Assembly: GCA_042408215.1 (NCBI GenBank)
Contig: JAYFMW010000020.1
Coordinates: forward strand, 32,001-96,000
Source of the DNA: Microcoleus sp.
GTDB lineage: Bacteria; Cyanobacteriota; Cyanobacteriia; Cyanobacteriales; Microcoleaceae
Direction: 5' to 3'
DNA: 64,000 bases
Below, piece after piece: positions 1 to 8,332 of the stretch. Each line of letters starts with the position of its first letter. The first letter of the stretch is position 1. The position numbers and the translations under genes are program-made. The notes below the pieces were generated by a model that saw only the letters and a program-made list of their open reading frames with translations, had not been told where the DNA came from and did not search any database.

Positions 1-258
1 GAATTGGGGGCCAAGGGCAACTACTCGGAGGCGATCGCTTACTACGCAAAGGTTTTGGAACTGCAACCCGCTTTTGCTAACGCTTTTTACAATCAAGCTT
101 GCTGTTATGCGCTGCTGGGCTTGGCAGATTTGGCAATTGACAATTTGCAACGGGCTGTGGAGTTTATGCCTAATTTGTACCGAGAGCTAGCTTTAACTGA
201 CTCGGATTTGAGAGGGCTGAGGAAACAACAACGTTTTGAAGCGTTGCTCCGAGGTTGA
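1..258 (+). CDS. TPR-repeat protein, C-terminal part (5' end outside window)
   Basis: TPR-like motifs GNYSEAIAYYAKVLELQP and AFYNQACCYALLG; frame runs from the window edge. Confidence 0.8.
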   Translation, partial: ELGAKGNYSEAIAYYAKVLELQPAFANAFYNQACCYALLGLADLAIDNLQRAVEFMPNLYRELALTDSDLRGLRKQQRFEALLRG

Positions 259-335
259 TTGTATAGGATTCTTGATTAGTCCTTCGGCATTTAACTGGTT
301 CCCAGGAAGAGCCTGGGAACGAGCAAATCCTGAAT

Positions 336-1001
336 CTATTGTAGAGCAACTTTGATTGAGGGCTTGATTGGTCTGTTGGCAACTACTAGGACTCGGTAGA
401 CTCCCGATTCTGGCAGTTGAGCGAAGGTTTGACCTTCGCCTTGGTCGAGGAGTTGTCCCGATGGAGATTCGATCGCCACATCGAGATTTTTGTTGCTAGC
501 AGTGACTGTCATCGTCTGTCCCCGCTTACCCTGAATTGTCAGAGGCTGGATTTGGTAGCCGGACATTTTGAGTTTGAGGGTGGCTTCGTTTTCTCCGAAT
601 GCTATGGGCATTGGGCGATCGGGTTTGTAAGTCCACTTGGCGTTAAAGTCGCGTTCTAATACAAAACTACTTGTTTCACCTTTAGGGACGACTCGCATCC
701 GGTAGATGCCTGACTCCGGCAACTGGCCTATCCACTGATTGTCTTTTTTTTCAATAACTCCCAAACTCTGACCACTGGGAGTGTAGAGTTCGGCTGTTAG
801 CTGTCCTGCCCACAGCGAGAGTGTGAGTTCTCGCCCTTTGATGCCTTCAAAAATATAAGTGGTGGGTTTGTTAATGGTTTCTCGAATTTCCGAGGTTGAC
901 ATCGGCTTGATGGGTTCAATTTTTGGGGCTGCGGGGCTGGCCAATGCTGTTTTTACCATCATCATCAGTAGCATCCCAGTCAGTAAAATTAGTTTTTTCA
1001 T
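336..1001 (-). CDS. Secreted hypothetical protein with two repeated beta-rich (PPC-like) modules
   Basis: Signal peptide MKKLILL...TALA; internal repeat PSGQ(S/L)L...QLPESG(I/V)YR. Confidence 0.65.
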   Translation of the reverse strand: MKKLILLTGMLLMMMVKTALASPAAPKIEPIKPMSTSEIRETINKPTTYIFEGIKGRELTLSLWAGQLTAELYTPSGQSLGVIEKKDNQWIGQLPESGIYRMRVVPKGETSSFVLERDFNAKWTYKPDRPMPIAFGENEATLKLKMSGYQIQPLTIQGKRGQTMTVTASNKNLDVAIESPSGQLLDQGEGQTFAQLPESGVYRVLVVANRPIKPSIKVALQ

Positions 1002-1408
1002 GTCGGATTTCTAAAAGTAATGAGTTGTATATGGTTACTTATGCTTGCCTGTTATTACCGGATTATATGCTGCGATCGCGATCGGCTACAGCAGCATTTC
1101 CATAAATATAAGTATACCCTACCGACACAGAAGCTGCGGTCAGTAGGTAAACATCAAAAACAGAGCGCTCAAAAAACCCTGAGTAGGGTGCGTCAGTCAG
1201 AAGCCTTGACTCCCCTCAAACAGTTTGTTTCTGACGCAGCACGGGAATCCTGGGACTGTTCTGGACGCAGAATCTAGGATGTCTGGAGTAGTTTATGTTT
1301 CGCGGATGGGTTGGGATCGATCGCGCCTATAGCGCGTCACGCGCAAACCCCGTCTTTCCCGCAGGGTATGAAACGCAGTTGCAGCCTGATAGCTGCCAGT
1401 ATTCTATA

Positions 1409-1861
1409 TTATTTACCTTTTTGCCCTTCAATATATTTTCTGACAGTTTCAGTTGAGACATTGCCAACACTACCGACAAAATAACTAGGAGTCCACAAAG
1501 TAGGTAGTTTTAGTAATTCGGGGAATTCCTTTCTCAAGTAACTAGAAGCTCTCCCTTTGACCCTTTGCATGACGAAGCTAGCAGAATCTGTTGGTTTAAG
1601 GTTCAGCAATAAATGTACAGGATCGGGCATAATTTCCAAAGCAATAATTTTCCACCTGTTTTCTGTAACCACCTCAAAAATAATTTCTTGCAGCCGTTCC
1701 GAAATTTTACCAACTAGGACGGCATTACGGCGTTTCGGTATCAAAACAAAGTGCATATTGATCGGTGAAACAGCATTGCTTTCGTGTCGATACTCTAAGT
1801 CTTTTTTTGATAAACTTGCCACAAAACTCTTGACTCCGTTGATAAATAATTTATAATCCAC
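1409..1861 (-). CDS. tnpA: IS200/IS605 Y1 transposase TnpA, probably inactive (HUH reads D-P-V-H); true start may be downstream
   Basis: HFVLIPKRR, LPTLWTPSYFVGSVG and catalytic Tyr in VRKYIEGQ; first HUH His replaced by Pro. Confidence 0.85.
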   Translation of the reverse strand: MDYKLFINGVKSFVASLSKKDLEYRHESNAVSPINMHFVLIPKRRNAVLVGKISERLQEIIFEVVTENRWKIIALEIMPDPVHLLLNLKPTDSASFVMQRVKGRASSYLRKEFPELLKLPTLWTPSYFVGSVGNVSTETVRKYIEGQKGK

Positions 1862-1878
1862 ATATTACACCAACAAAA

Positions 1879-3138
1879 GTGATTTGTGTCTTTGGATGTC
1901 AGCAAGTCTTAATTAAGCCTAACAAAGAATTGAAAGCGGTTCTAGAATATATTTGCAAAGAGTCAAATAAATTGCATAATTGCGCCGTTTCTTACGCTCG
2001 TCAAATATATTTTAAGTCCCATATTTACGTCCGCCCGTTTGACGTAATTAACGAGCTGAAACGTAACCCTCATTACGGCGCTTTGTGCGCTCAAGCTGCT
2101 CAACAGACTTGTGGCGCTGTTGGTGAGTCTGTAAAATCTTTCCAAGGATTAATCAAATTATTTCAAGAGGGAAAGCTTGAATACAAGCCAAAATTTCCTA
2201 ATTATCGCACTCCTGGGGGTTTTCACTTAATAGCATATCCAAGACAAGCGCTGGGCAAAAAGTTAATTAATAGTCAAATCTCAATCCCTCTGGGTTTAAA
2301 AGTTAAAACTTGGTTTGGACTGAAGAGCTTCCAAATTCAGATGCCTTCCAATCTAGATTATGCCGACATTCGAGAAGTGAGAATCCTTCCCATACATGGA
2401 TGTTTTTATGCTGAATTTATTTACAAGTCGGTAAATATCAAAACCAATACCGATAGTGAAAAGGTTTTAGGTATCGATCGTGGTATTGACAATTGGCTAA
2501 CCTGTGTCAGCAATACTAACACTAGCCCGATCGTTGACGGAAAGCATTTGAAATCTCTAAATCAGTGGTATAACAAGCGAGTGGCAGCATTAATGGATGG
2601 AAAGCCTAACGGTTTTTGGTCACATCAGTTGGCGCGACTAACCGAAAAACGCAATCGTCAAATGCGTGATGCTGTAAACAAAGCTGCAAAAATTGTGATA
2701 AATCACTGCCGAGAAAACCAAATCGGCACTGTTGTTTTTGGCTGGAACAAAGGTCAGAAAAACAGTGCAAACATGGGGAACAGGACCAATCAGAAGTTTG
2801 TGCAAATCCCCACGGGTAGGTTGAAGACTAGAATCTCCCAACTTTGTGACCAATACGGACTTCAGTTTGTCGAAACCGAAGAAAGTTATACATCAAAATG
2901 TTCTTTTGTTGACCGCGATTTCTTACCTACAATCGGTGCAAAACCCGAAGGGTGGAAAGTGTCGGGTAGACGAATTAAACGTGGATTGTATTGTACAGGT
3001 TTGCAGCAATGGCGCATCAACGCAGATTGCAATGGCGCGGCTAATATCATCCGAAAAGTAGCGACAATGCTAGATCTTGATCTTAGCGGAGTTGGTAGAG
3101 GTGTCTTGACAGCGCCCTTAAGAATTGCCATTTGGTAG
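1879..3138 (+). CDS. tnpB: RNA-guided endonuclease TnpB (cyanobacterial IS605 type)
   Basis: RuvC-I LGIDRG, GWNKGQK, ETEESYTSK and INADCNGAANI motifs. Confidence 0.9.
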   Translation: MICVFGCQQVLIKPNKELKAVLEYICKESNKLHNCAVSYARQIYFKSHIYVRPFDVINELKRNPHYGALCAQAAQQTCGAVGESVKSFQGLIKLFQEGKLEYKPKFPNYRTPGGFHLIAYPRQALGKKLINSQISIPLGLKVKTWFGLKSFQIQMPSNLDYADIREVRILPIHGCFYAEFIYKSVNIKTNTDSEKVLGIDRGIDNWLTCVSNTNTSPIVDGKHLKSLNQWYNKRVAALMDGKPNGFWSHQLARLTEKRNRQMRDAVNKAAKIVINHCRENQIGTVVFGWNKGQKNSANMGNRTNQKFVQIPTGRLKTRISQLCDQYGLQFVETEESYTSKCSFVDRDFLPTIGAKPEGWKVSGRRIKRGLYCTGLQQWRINADCNGAANIIRKVATMLDLDLSGVGRGVLTAPLRIAIW

Positions 3139-3175
3139 TTTCTTAAGAATCCCCGTACCGACCGGTCGGGGAGTG

Positions 3176-3898
3176 TCAAAAATCTGAGAGAATTTTCAAG
3201 TAAGCTTGTACAGTGTTAGACAAGCCCATGTCTAGCGCTTCTGCAATTAGAGCGTGACCGATCGATACTTCTAATATATCAGGAATCGAGCAAAACTTGG
3301 CGAGATTTTGCAAGTTTAAATCGTGGCCGGCATTGACTCCTAAACCGGCATCTTGAGCCGCCTTAGCAGCCAATACATATTGTTCAAAAACTGATGCTAC
3401 TTTCCCTTCGCGAAAAGCCGTTGCATAGGGTTCTGTGTACAATTCTACTCGGTCTGCGCCCACTTCTTTTGCTAGGGGCATTAGAGCAGGGTCTGCGTCC
3501 ATAAATAGACTGACTCTGATGCCGTTATCTTTTAATTTTTGAATGATTGGTAGGAGCCGATCGCGATTTTCGGGAATATTCCAACCGCTATCGGAGGTGA
3601 TCGCGTCGGGAGCGTCCGGTACTAAAGTACACTGGGCCGGTTTGACATCGCAAACTAGATCCATAAATGGAGGTTGAAAAGGATTTCCTTCGATGTTGAA
3701 TTCTACGGTTAGCATTTTGGCTAATTCATAAACATCGGAGGCTTTGATGTGTCGCTCATCAGGACGGGGATGGACTGTAATCCCATGAGCACCGGCTGCA
3801 ATTACTGTTTTTGCTGCTGCGGTAACGCTGGGGATGCCGATATTGCGAGAGTTTCTGAGCAGGGCGATTCTGTTGATGTTGACGCTGAGTTTGGTCAT
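3176..3898 (-). CDS. pdxJ: Pyridoxine 5'-phosphate synthase
   Basis: LSVNINRIALLRN, GITVHPRPDERHI, VNAGHDL, EVSIGHALI. Confidence 0.95.
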   Translation of the reverse strand: MTKLSVNINRIALLRNSRNIGIPSVTAAAKTVIAAGAHGITVHPRPDERHIKASDVYELAKMLTVEFNIEGNPFQPPFMDLVCDVKPAQCTLVPDAPDAITSDSGWNIPENRDRLLPIIQKLKDNGIRVSLFMDADPALMPLAKEVGADRVELYTEPYATAFREGKVASVFEQYVLAAKAAQDAGLGVNAGHDLNLQNLAKFCSIPDILEVSIGHALIAEALDMGLSNTVQAYLKILSDF

Positions 3899-4171
3899 GG
3901 AATTTCGATTTGTTGGTTTTTGAGTAAAGGCGATCGACCTTTAATTATCTTCTATTTCTAGGTTTTTGCAGTTGCAGTCTCTCAAATTTTACCATATTTA
4001 TAGATTCAGGTTGCGGGGGAGTAAGAAGCCCTTGGGCTTGGGATGCTGCGCGAACCCATCGGCTCAGCATTCCCCCAAAATCGTCCATTTCAAATCATTT
4101 TCAAATGCTCGGAATCAGAAACTTGCCCGATGTCAGGTAATATGAGAAAGCATTAATTTTAACAGCGCGGC

Positions 4172-5041
4172 ATGGCTACTATTTGGGAACTCGATTTTTA
4201 CAGTCGTCCGATCGTAGACGATCGACAGAAAAAAAAATGGGAAGTGTTAATTTGCGAAACTCCGCTGAATGTAGGCTCTAAGTCAGAATCTCTGTTTCGT
4301 TACTCGCAATTCTGCCCCAGTACAACAGTGAATTCCCTGTGGCTGGCTGGTGCAATTAAAGAGGCGATCGCCTCGGCACCGAAACCACCCGAAAAAATCC
4401 GCTTTTTCCGCCGCCAAATGGCCAACATGATTACCAAAGCCTGCGAGGATTTGGACATTCCCGCCGCAGCCAGCCGCCGCACCCTTGCCCTTAGCCTGTG
4501 GTTGGAAGAACGGATGCAATCATATTACCCCGCACAAGAGGGTTTTCAAGCCGCTGTCAACCCTTCGGTGCAATTTGTACCCGAAACGCCAGTTCCGCTG
4601 CCGGACGCTTTAATCGGCGAAAAATGGGCATTTGTGAATTTGCCCGCTGCCGCTTTTGATGAAATGTCCGAGTGGGATATCGGATTTGGCGAAGCTTTTG
4701 GGCTACCGATGACAGGCTTGGGCCCAGAAACGCAAATTCCGGGGCTGATTATATTTTCGTCGAGAGCAACAGCCCTCGCGGGTTGGATGTCGGGTTTGGA
4801 GTTAGCTTTTCTGAAATTTGACTCCGGCTCCCCTGGTACCCCCGCTAGGCTGATCTTGGATACGGGAGCTAACGATCGCTGGATTTTAGCTAATATCAGA
4901 GACGCAGCAACGGTCGCAGAAGGTAAAAAATTTGAGGCGGCGAAAAAGCAAGCAAAACAAGTACATTTCTTAGCAATCCAGTCAAATCCCGAATCGGAAT
5001 CTTTCGCAGGATTTTGGCTGCTACATGAATTAAATATGTAG
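4172..5041 (+). CDS. Tab2/Atab2-family RNA-binding protein
   Basis: WELDFYSRP...KKWE N-terminus; FLAIQ...FAGFWLL C-terminus. Confidence 0.9.
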   Translation: MATIWELDFYSRPIVDDRQKKKWEVLICETPLNVGSKSESLFRYSQFCPSTTVNSLWLAGAIKEAIASAPKPPEKIRFFRRQMANMITKACEDLDIPAAASRRTLALSLWLEERMQSYYPAQEGFQAAVNPSVQFVPETPVPLPDALIGEKWAFVNLPAAAFDEMSEWDIGFGEAFGLPMTGLGPETQIPGLIIFSSRATALAGWMSGLELAFLKFDSGSPGTPARLILDTGANDRWILANIRDAATVAEGKKFEAAKKQAKQVHFLAIQSNPESESFAGFWLLHELNM

Positions 5042-5042
5042 T

Positions 5043-5103
5043 CAGCAGTCATTAGTCATTAGTCATTAGTCATTAGTCATTAGTCATTAGTCATTAGTCA
5101 TTT
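5043..5103. repeat. Heptamer tandem array (TCATTAG)n, STRR-like
   Basis: Directly visible right after the stop codon. Confidence 0.9.
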
Positions 5104-5378
5104 ATTGGTTCTAATAACCAATAACCCTTCGACCCTCCGACCCTCCGACCCTTCGACTACGCGAGCGGGCGACGCTCCGCGGTTCCTGAGCGGAGTCGTT
5201 GGGCAGGGCACCGCTCCGCAGTTCCTGAGCCCTTCGACTTCGCTCAGGATAAACGCAGTCGTTGGGCAGGGCACCGCCAATAACCAATAACTGCCTCCTC
5301 GCCAATTCTTTAATCGAAAATCGAAAATCGAAAATCGAAAATGGTATCACCGATCGCCTACTACCAACTACCGACAAC

Positions 5379-6674
5379 ATGACCAATCACCAATCAGCAG
5401 AACAACTGCTAGAACTAGCCACCAAAGCAGGTGCTGAAGCTGCTGAGGTATTGGAGTCGCAATCGTTCTCGCGGCCAGTCTTTTTTGAAGCAAACCGCCT
5501 TAAACAGCTAGAAACAGCCCAAGCAGAAGGCATTGCCCTACGGCTGTGGAGGGATGGGCGACCGGGTTTAGCGGTGGCTTACGGGCCTGTGGAACCGCAG
5601 ATTTTGGTCGATCGGGCGATCGCCATCTCGCAACTCAACGAACCGGAAATCATCGAACTCGGTAGCGGTAACAAAGTTGTTTATCCCGATCTCGGACAGT
5701 CGATCGCGGTTGAACAGCTAGTAGAATGGGGAAAAAGTGCGATCGCGATCGTTCACCAAGCCTATCCCGAAAGCCTCTGCGCCGCCGAGCTCGACTGCGA
5801 AATAGAAAGCACCCGCTTGCTGAACACTAGAGGCTTGGATTGCAGCCACACCGACACCACCCTCAGCGGTTACTTGTCAGCAGAATTAGTGCGGGGAGAA
5901 GATTTCCTGAATATTTGGGAAGGCGAAACCGAACGCAGCACCCTCGACTTAGACACGATCGCCCAGCGGGTTTTGCAACGATTGGAATGGGCGAAAGAGA
6001 ATGTAGCACCAGCCACAGGGCGCGTACCAGTTTTGTTCACAGCCAAAGCCGCCGATTTGCTGTGGGGCACAGTCTGTGCAGCTTTAAACGGCAAACAGGT
6101 ACTCGAAGGGGCTTCGCCTTGGAGCGATCGATTGGGCCAACAAGTCACATCACCCCTAGTTACTCTCTCTCAAGAACCGGATACGGGACCCTATAGCTGT
6201 CCGTTTGACGACGAAGGCACTCCCACAAGGTCGATCGTATTCATCAACAATGGAGTCTTGCAGCTATTTTATACCGATCGCACCACCGGTCGAGCATTAG
6301 GCAGTGGCACCACCGGCAACGGATTTCGCCCCGGTTTGGGCAGTTATCCCACACCCAGTTTGTTCAATGTTTTGATTAAACCAGGAGTGCGATCGCTAAA
6401 GGATTTAATAGCTCAATTAGACGACGGAATTGTAGTCGATCAAATGCTAGGAGGTAGTGCCGGAATTTCCGGCGACTTTTCGATTAATGTCGATCTTGGC
6501 TACCGCGTCAAAAAAGGTAAAATAGTTGGCAGAATCAAAGACACAATGGTTGCCGGCAACGTCTACAGCGTCCTCAAACAATTAGTAGAATTAGGAGGAG
6601 ACGCAGAGTGGAACGGTTCTTTCCATACACCGTCTGTAATTGTAGAAGGATTGTCCGTCACCGGCAAAAACTAA
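5379..6674 (+). CDS. TldD/PmbA family protein, PmbA/TldE-like
   Basis: PFDDEGTP and SGDFS motifs, no HExxxH; start moved to ATG 5379 because the upstream extension is repeat DNA. Confidence 0.85.
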   Translation: MTNHQSAEQLLELATKAGAEAAEVLESQSFSRPVFFEANRLKQLETAQAEGIALRLWRDGRPGLAVAYGPVEPQILVDRAIAISQLNEPEIIELGSGNKVVYPDLGQSIAVEQLVEWGKSAIAIVHQAYPESLCAAELDCEIESTRLLNTRGLDCSHTDTTLSGYLSAELVRGEDFLNIWEGETERSTLDLDTIAQRVLQRLEWAKENVAPATGRVPVLFTAKAADLLWGTVCAALNGKQVLEGASPWSDRLGQQVTSPLVTLSQEPDTGPYSCPFDDEGTPTRSIVFINNGVLQLFYTDRTTGRALGSGTTGNGFRPGLGSYPTPSLFNVLIKPGVRSLKDLIAQLDDGIVVDQMLGGSAGISGDFSINVDLGYRVKKGKIVGRIKDTMVAGNVYSVLKQLVELGGDAEWNGSFHTPSVIVEGLSVTGKN

Positions 6675-6837
6675 ATTCATGGGAATTGGGCATAGGGCAT
6701 TGGTAATCGGTAATTGGTAATCGGTAATTGGTAATTAGTAATCGGTCATTAGTAATCGGTAATTGGTAATCGGTAATAGTTAGTGGTTAGTGGTTACTTG
6801 TTATAGGACTTACGCACAGACTCTACTTGTAGGGTAC

Positions 6838-7008
6838 TCATACCAATTTAATGGGTCGTTGCATATATCTCGATCCCCCTCGCATCCCCCTTAATAAGGG
6901 AGTAGGGTGTGAGTAGGGGGTGACGAAAGAGCAGAATCTTGTTCCCCCCTTATTAAGGGGGGTTAGGGGGGATCAGATTCTACGGGGCCTCATAAAAAAC
7001 TGGTATCA
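6838..7008. mobile_element. MITE-like repeat carrying a CCCCCTTAANAAGGGGG hairpin core
   Basis: Short inverted ends ATACCAATTT / AAACTGGTAT around the core shared with five other loci. Confidence 0.6.
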
Positions 7009-7127
7009 CTACATTTAAAACTTGCATCATTCCTGTTTTTAGGAGTTTTTCAAATAACGAATTCCCAAGGCCCGATGCCCTATTCCCGATGCCCTAGGCC
7101 CAATTACCAATTCCCAGACAGCGAATT

Positions 7128-7978
7128 ATGCTAGAATTAAATCAATTTGAAGCGATCAGTTTTGACTGCTACGGCACTCTGATAGATTGGGAAAGGGGGA
7201 TATTGCCAGCCTTGAAAAAATTGCTATCAAATCGGGAAATTGATTACAGCGATGACCAATAATTTCAAAGGTGGTACAAGCCCCCGGATTTATCCGTGGA
7301 ATCAATCCAAAATCCAAAATCTAAAATCCTCAAGCCCCCGCATTTATACGTGGGGTAAATCTAAAATCTAAAATCTAAAATCTAAAATCGATTGACGGAA
7401 CTTTAGAGCTGTTTGCTGAATTTGAATCCGAACTAGAAAACGAGGCAAGAGATTATATAAGATACCGGGAAGTTTTGCAACAAGTAGTGCATAAAATTGG
7501 TCAAAAATTCAACTTTGAACCGACAGAAACAGCATCAGGAACAGAAATAAATTGTTTGGTGGATTCCCTCAAAAATTGGCAGCCATTTCCCGATACAGTT
7601 GCAGCCTTGGCCGCACTCAAGCAAAAATACAAACTGGCAGTAATTTCCAACATTGACGATGATTTGTTTGTCGGTACAGCCAAACACTTAAAAGTTGAAT
7701 TCGACTGGGTAATTACTGCGGAAAAAGTGCGATCGTACAAACCGTCAACTCGCAACTTTGAAATCGCCCTAGAAACAATGGGAATAGCACCGGAAAAACT
7801 CCTGCACGTTGCACAAAGTCTGTATCACGACATTGTACCAGCCGCATCTATGGGAATCTCCACAGTTTGGGTAAATCGGCGACAGGACAAAACAGGATTT
7901 GGGGCAACTTTGCCGGCCAGCGGCAAGCCTGATTTGGAAGTGCCGGATTTAAAAACATTGGTAGAGGCGATCGCCTAA
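7128..7978 (+). pseudogene. Haloacid dehalogenase (HAD, type II-like) gene interrupted by a 140-bp insertion
   Basis: ATG 7128 gives MLELNQFEAISFDCYGTLIDWE (HAD motif I); removing 7257-7396 joins it in frame to ORF 7475-7978 (SNIDD, YKP, HVAQSLYHDI). Confidence 0.9.
7257..7396. mobile_element. Non-autonomous IS200/IS605-derived miniature element
   Basis: Follows TGAC, ends in TGAC, has two AAGCCCC...TGG(GG) hairpins like the ends of the IscB element, plus internal (AAAATCT)n. Confidence 0.7.
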
Positions 7979-8091
7979 AAATCATATATGATATCGCTTC
8001 CGGTTACATCAGAATTATTAGTAGCCGAAATTAGGAGACTGCACGTGCCGTGTCCCTACCCAAAATAACATTGTAGGGACACTCAAGCGTG

Positions 8092-8307
8092 CCCATTGGT
8101 GTCAACTTAAGACTGAAACCCTTGAGAAATCTCGTTTTTACGCTAAGTCTAGATCCCCCTCGCATCCCCCTTAAGAAGGGGGACTTAAAGAGGCTTCCTG
8201 TTCCCCCCTTCTTAAGGGGGAGTAGGGGGCAAGCTAAGGGGGGATCTGGCCTTAATAGTCAAACAGCAGACTGATACTACGTTTGACCTTAAGTTGACAC
8301 CAATGGG
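8092..8307. mobile_element. MITE with CCCATTGGTGTCAACTTAAG terminal inverted repeats, inside a REP-like palindrome
   Basis: 20-bp TIRs; sibling copies at 22355, 23138 and 25229. Confidence 0.8.
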
Positions 8308-8332
8308 CAATGCCGTGTCCTGTGAGCCTTGG

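Larger units (their letters stand above)
1331..3179 (+). mobile_element. IS200/IS605-family element with divergent tnpA and tnpB
   Basis: Subterminal hairpins near 1345-1375 and 3150-3172; right end TCAA (3176-3179); left junction after CTAT inferred because joining the flanks restores a clean pdxJ stop. Confidence 0.8.

Noticed and set aside
5098..5386. Short ORFs and N-terminal extension of the PmbA-like gene
   Set aside because: The region is nested REP-like and heptamer repeats (CCCTTCGAC…, AAAATCG).
7257..7396. Self-splicing intron or IStron in the HAD gene
   Set aside because: 140 bp, largely heptamer repeat; too short and no recognisable group I/II core.
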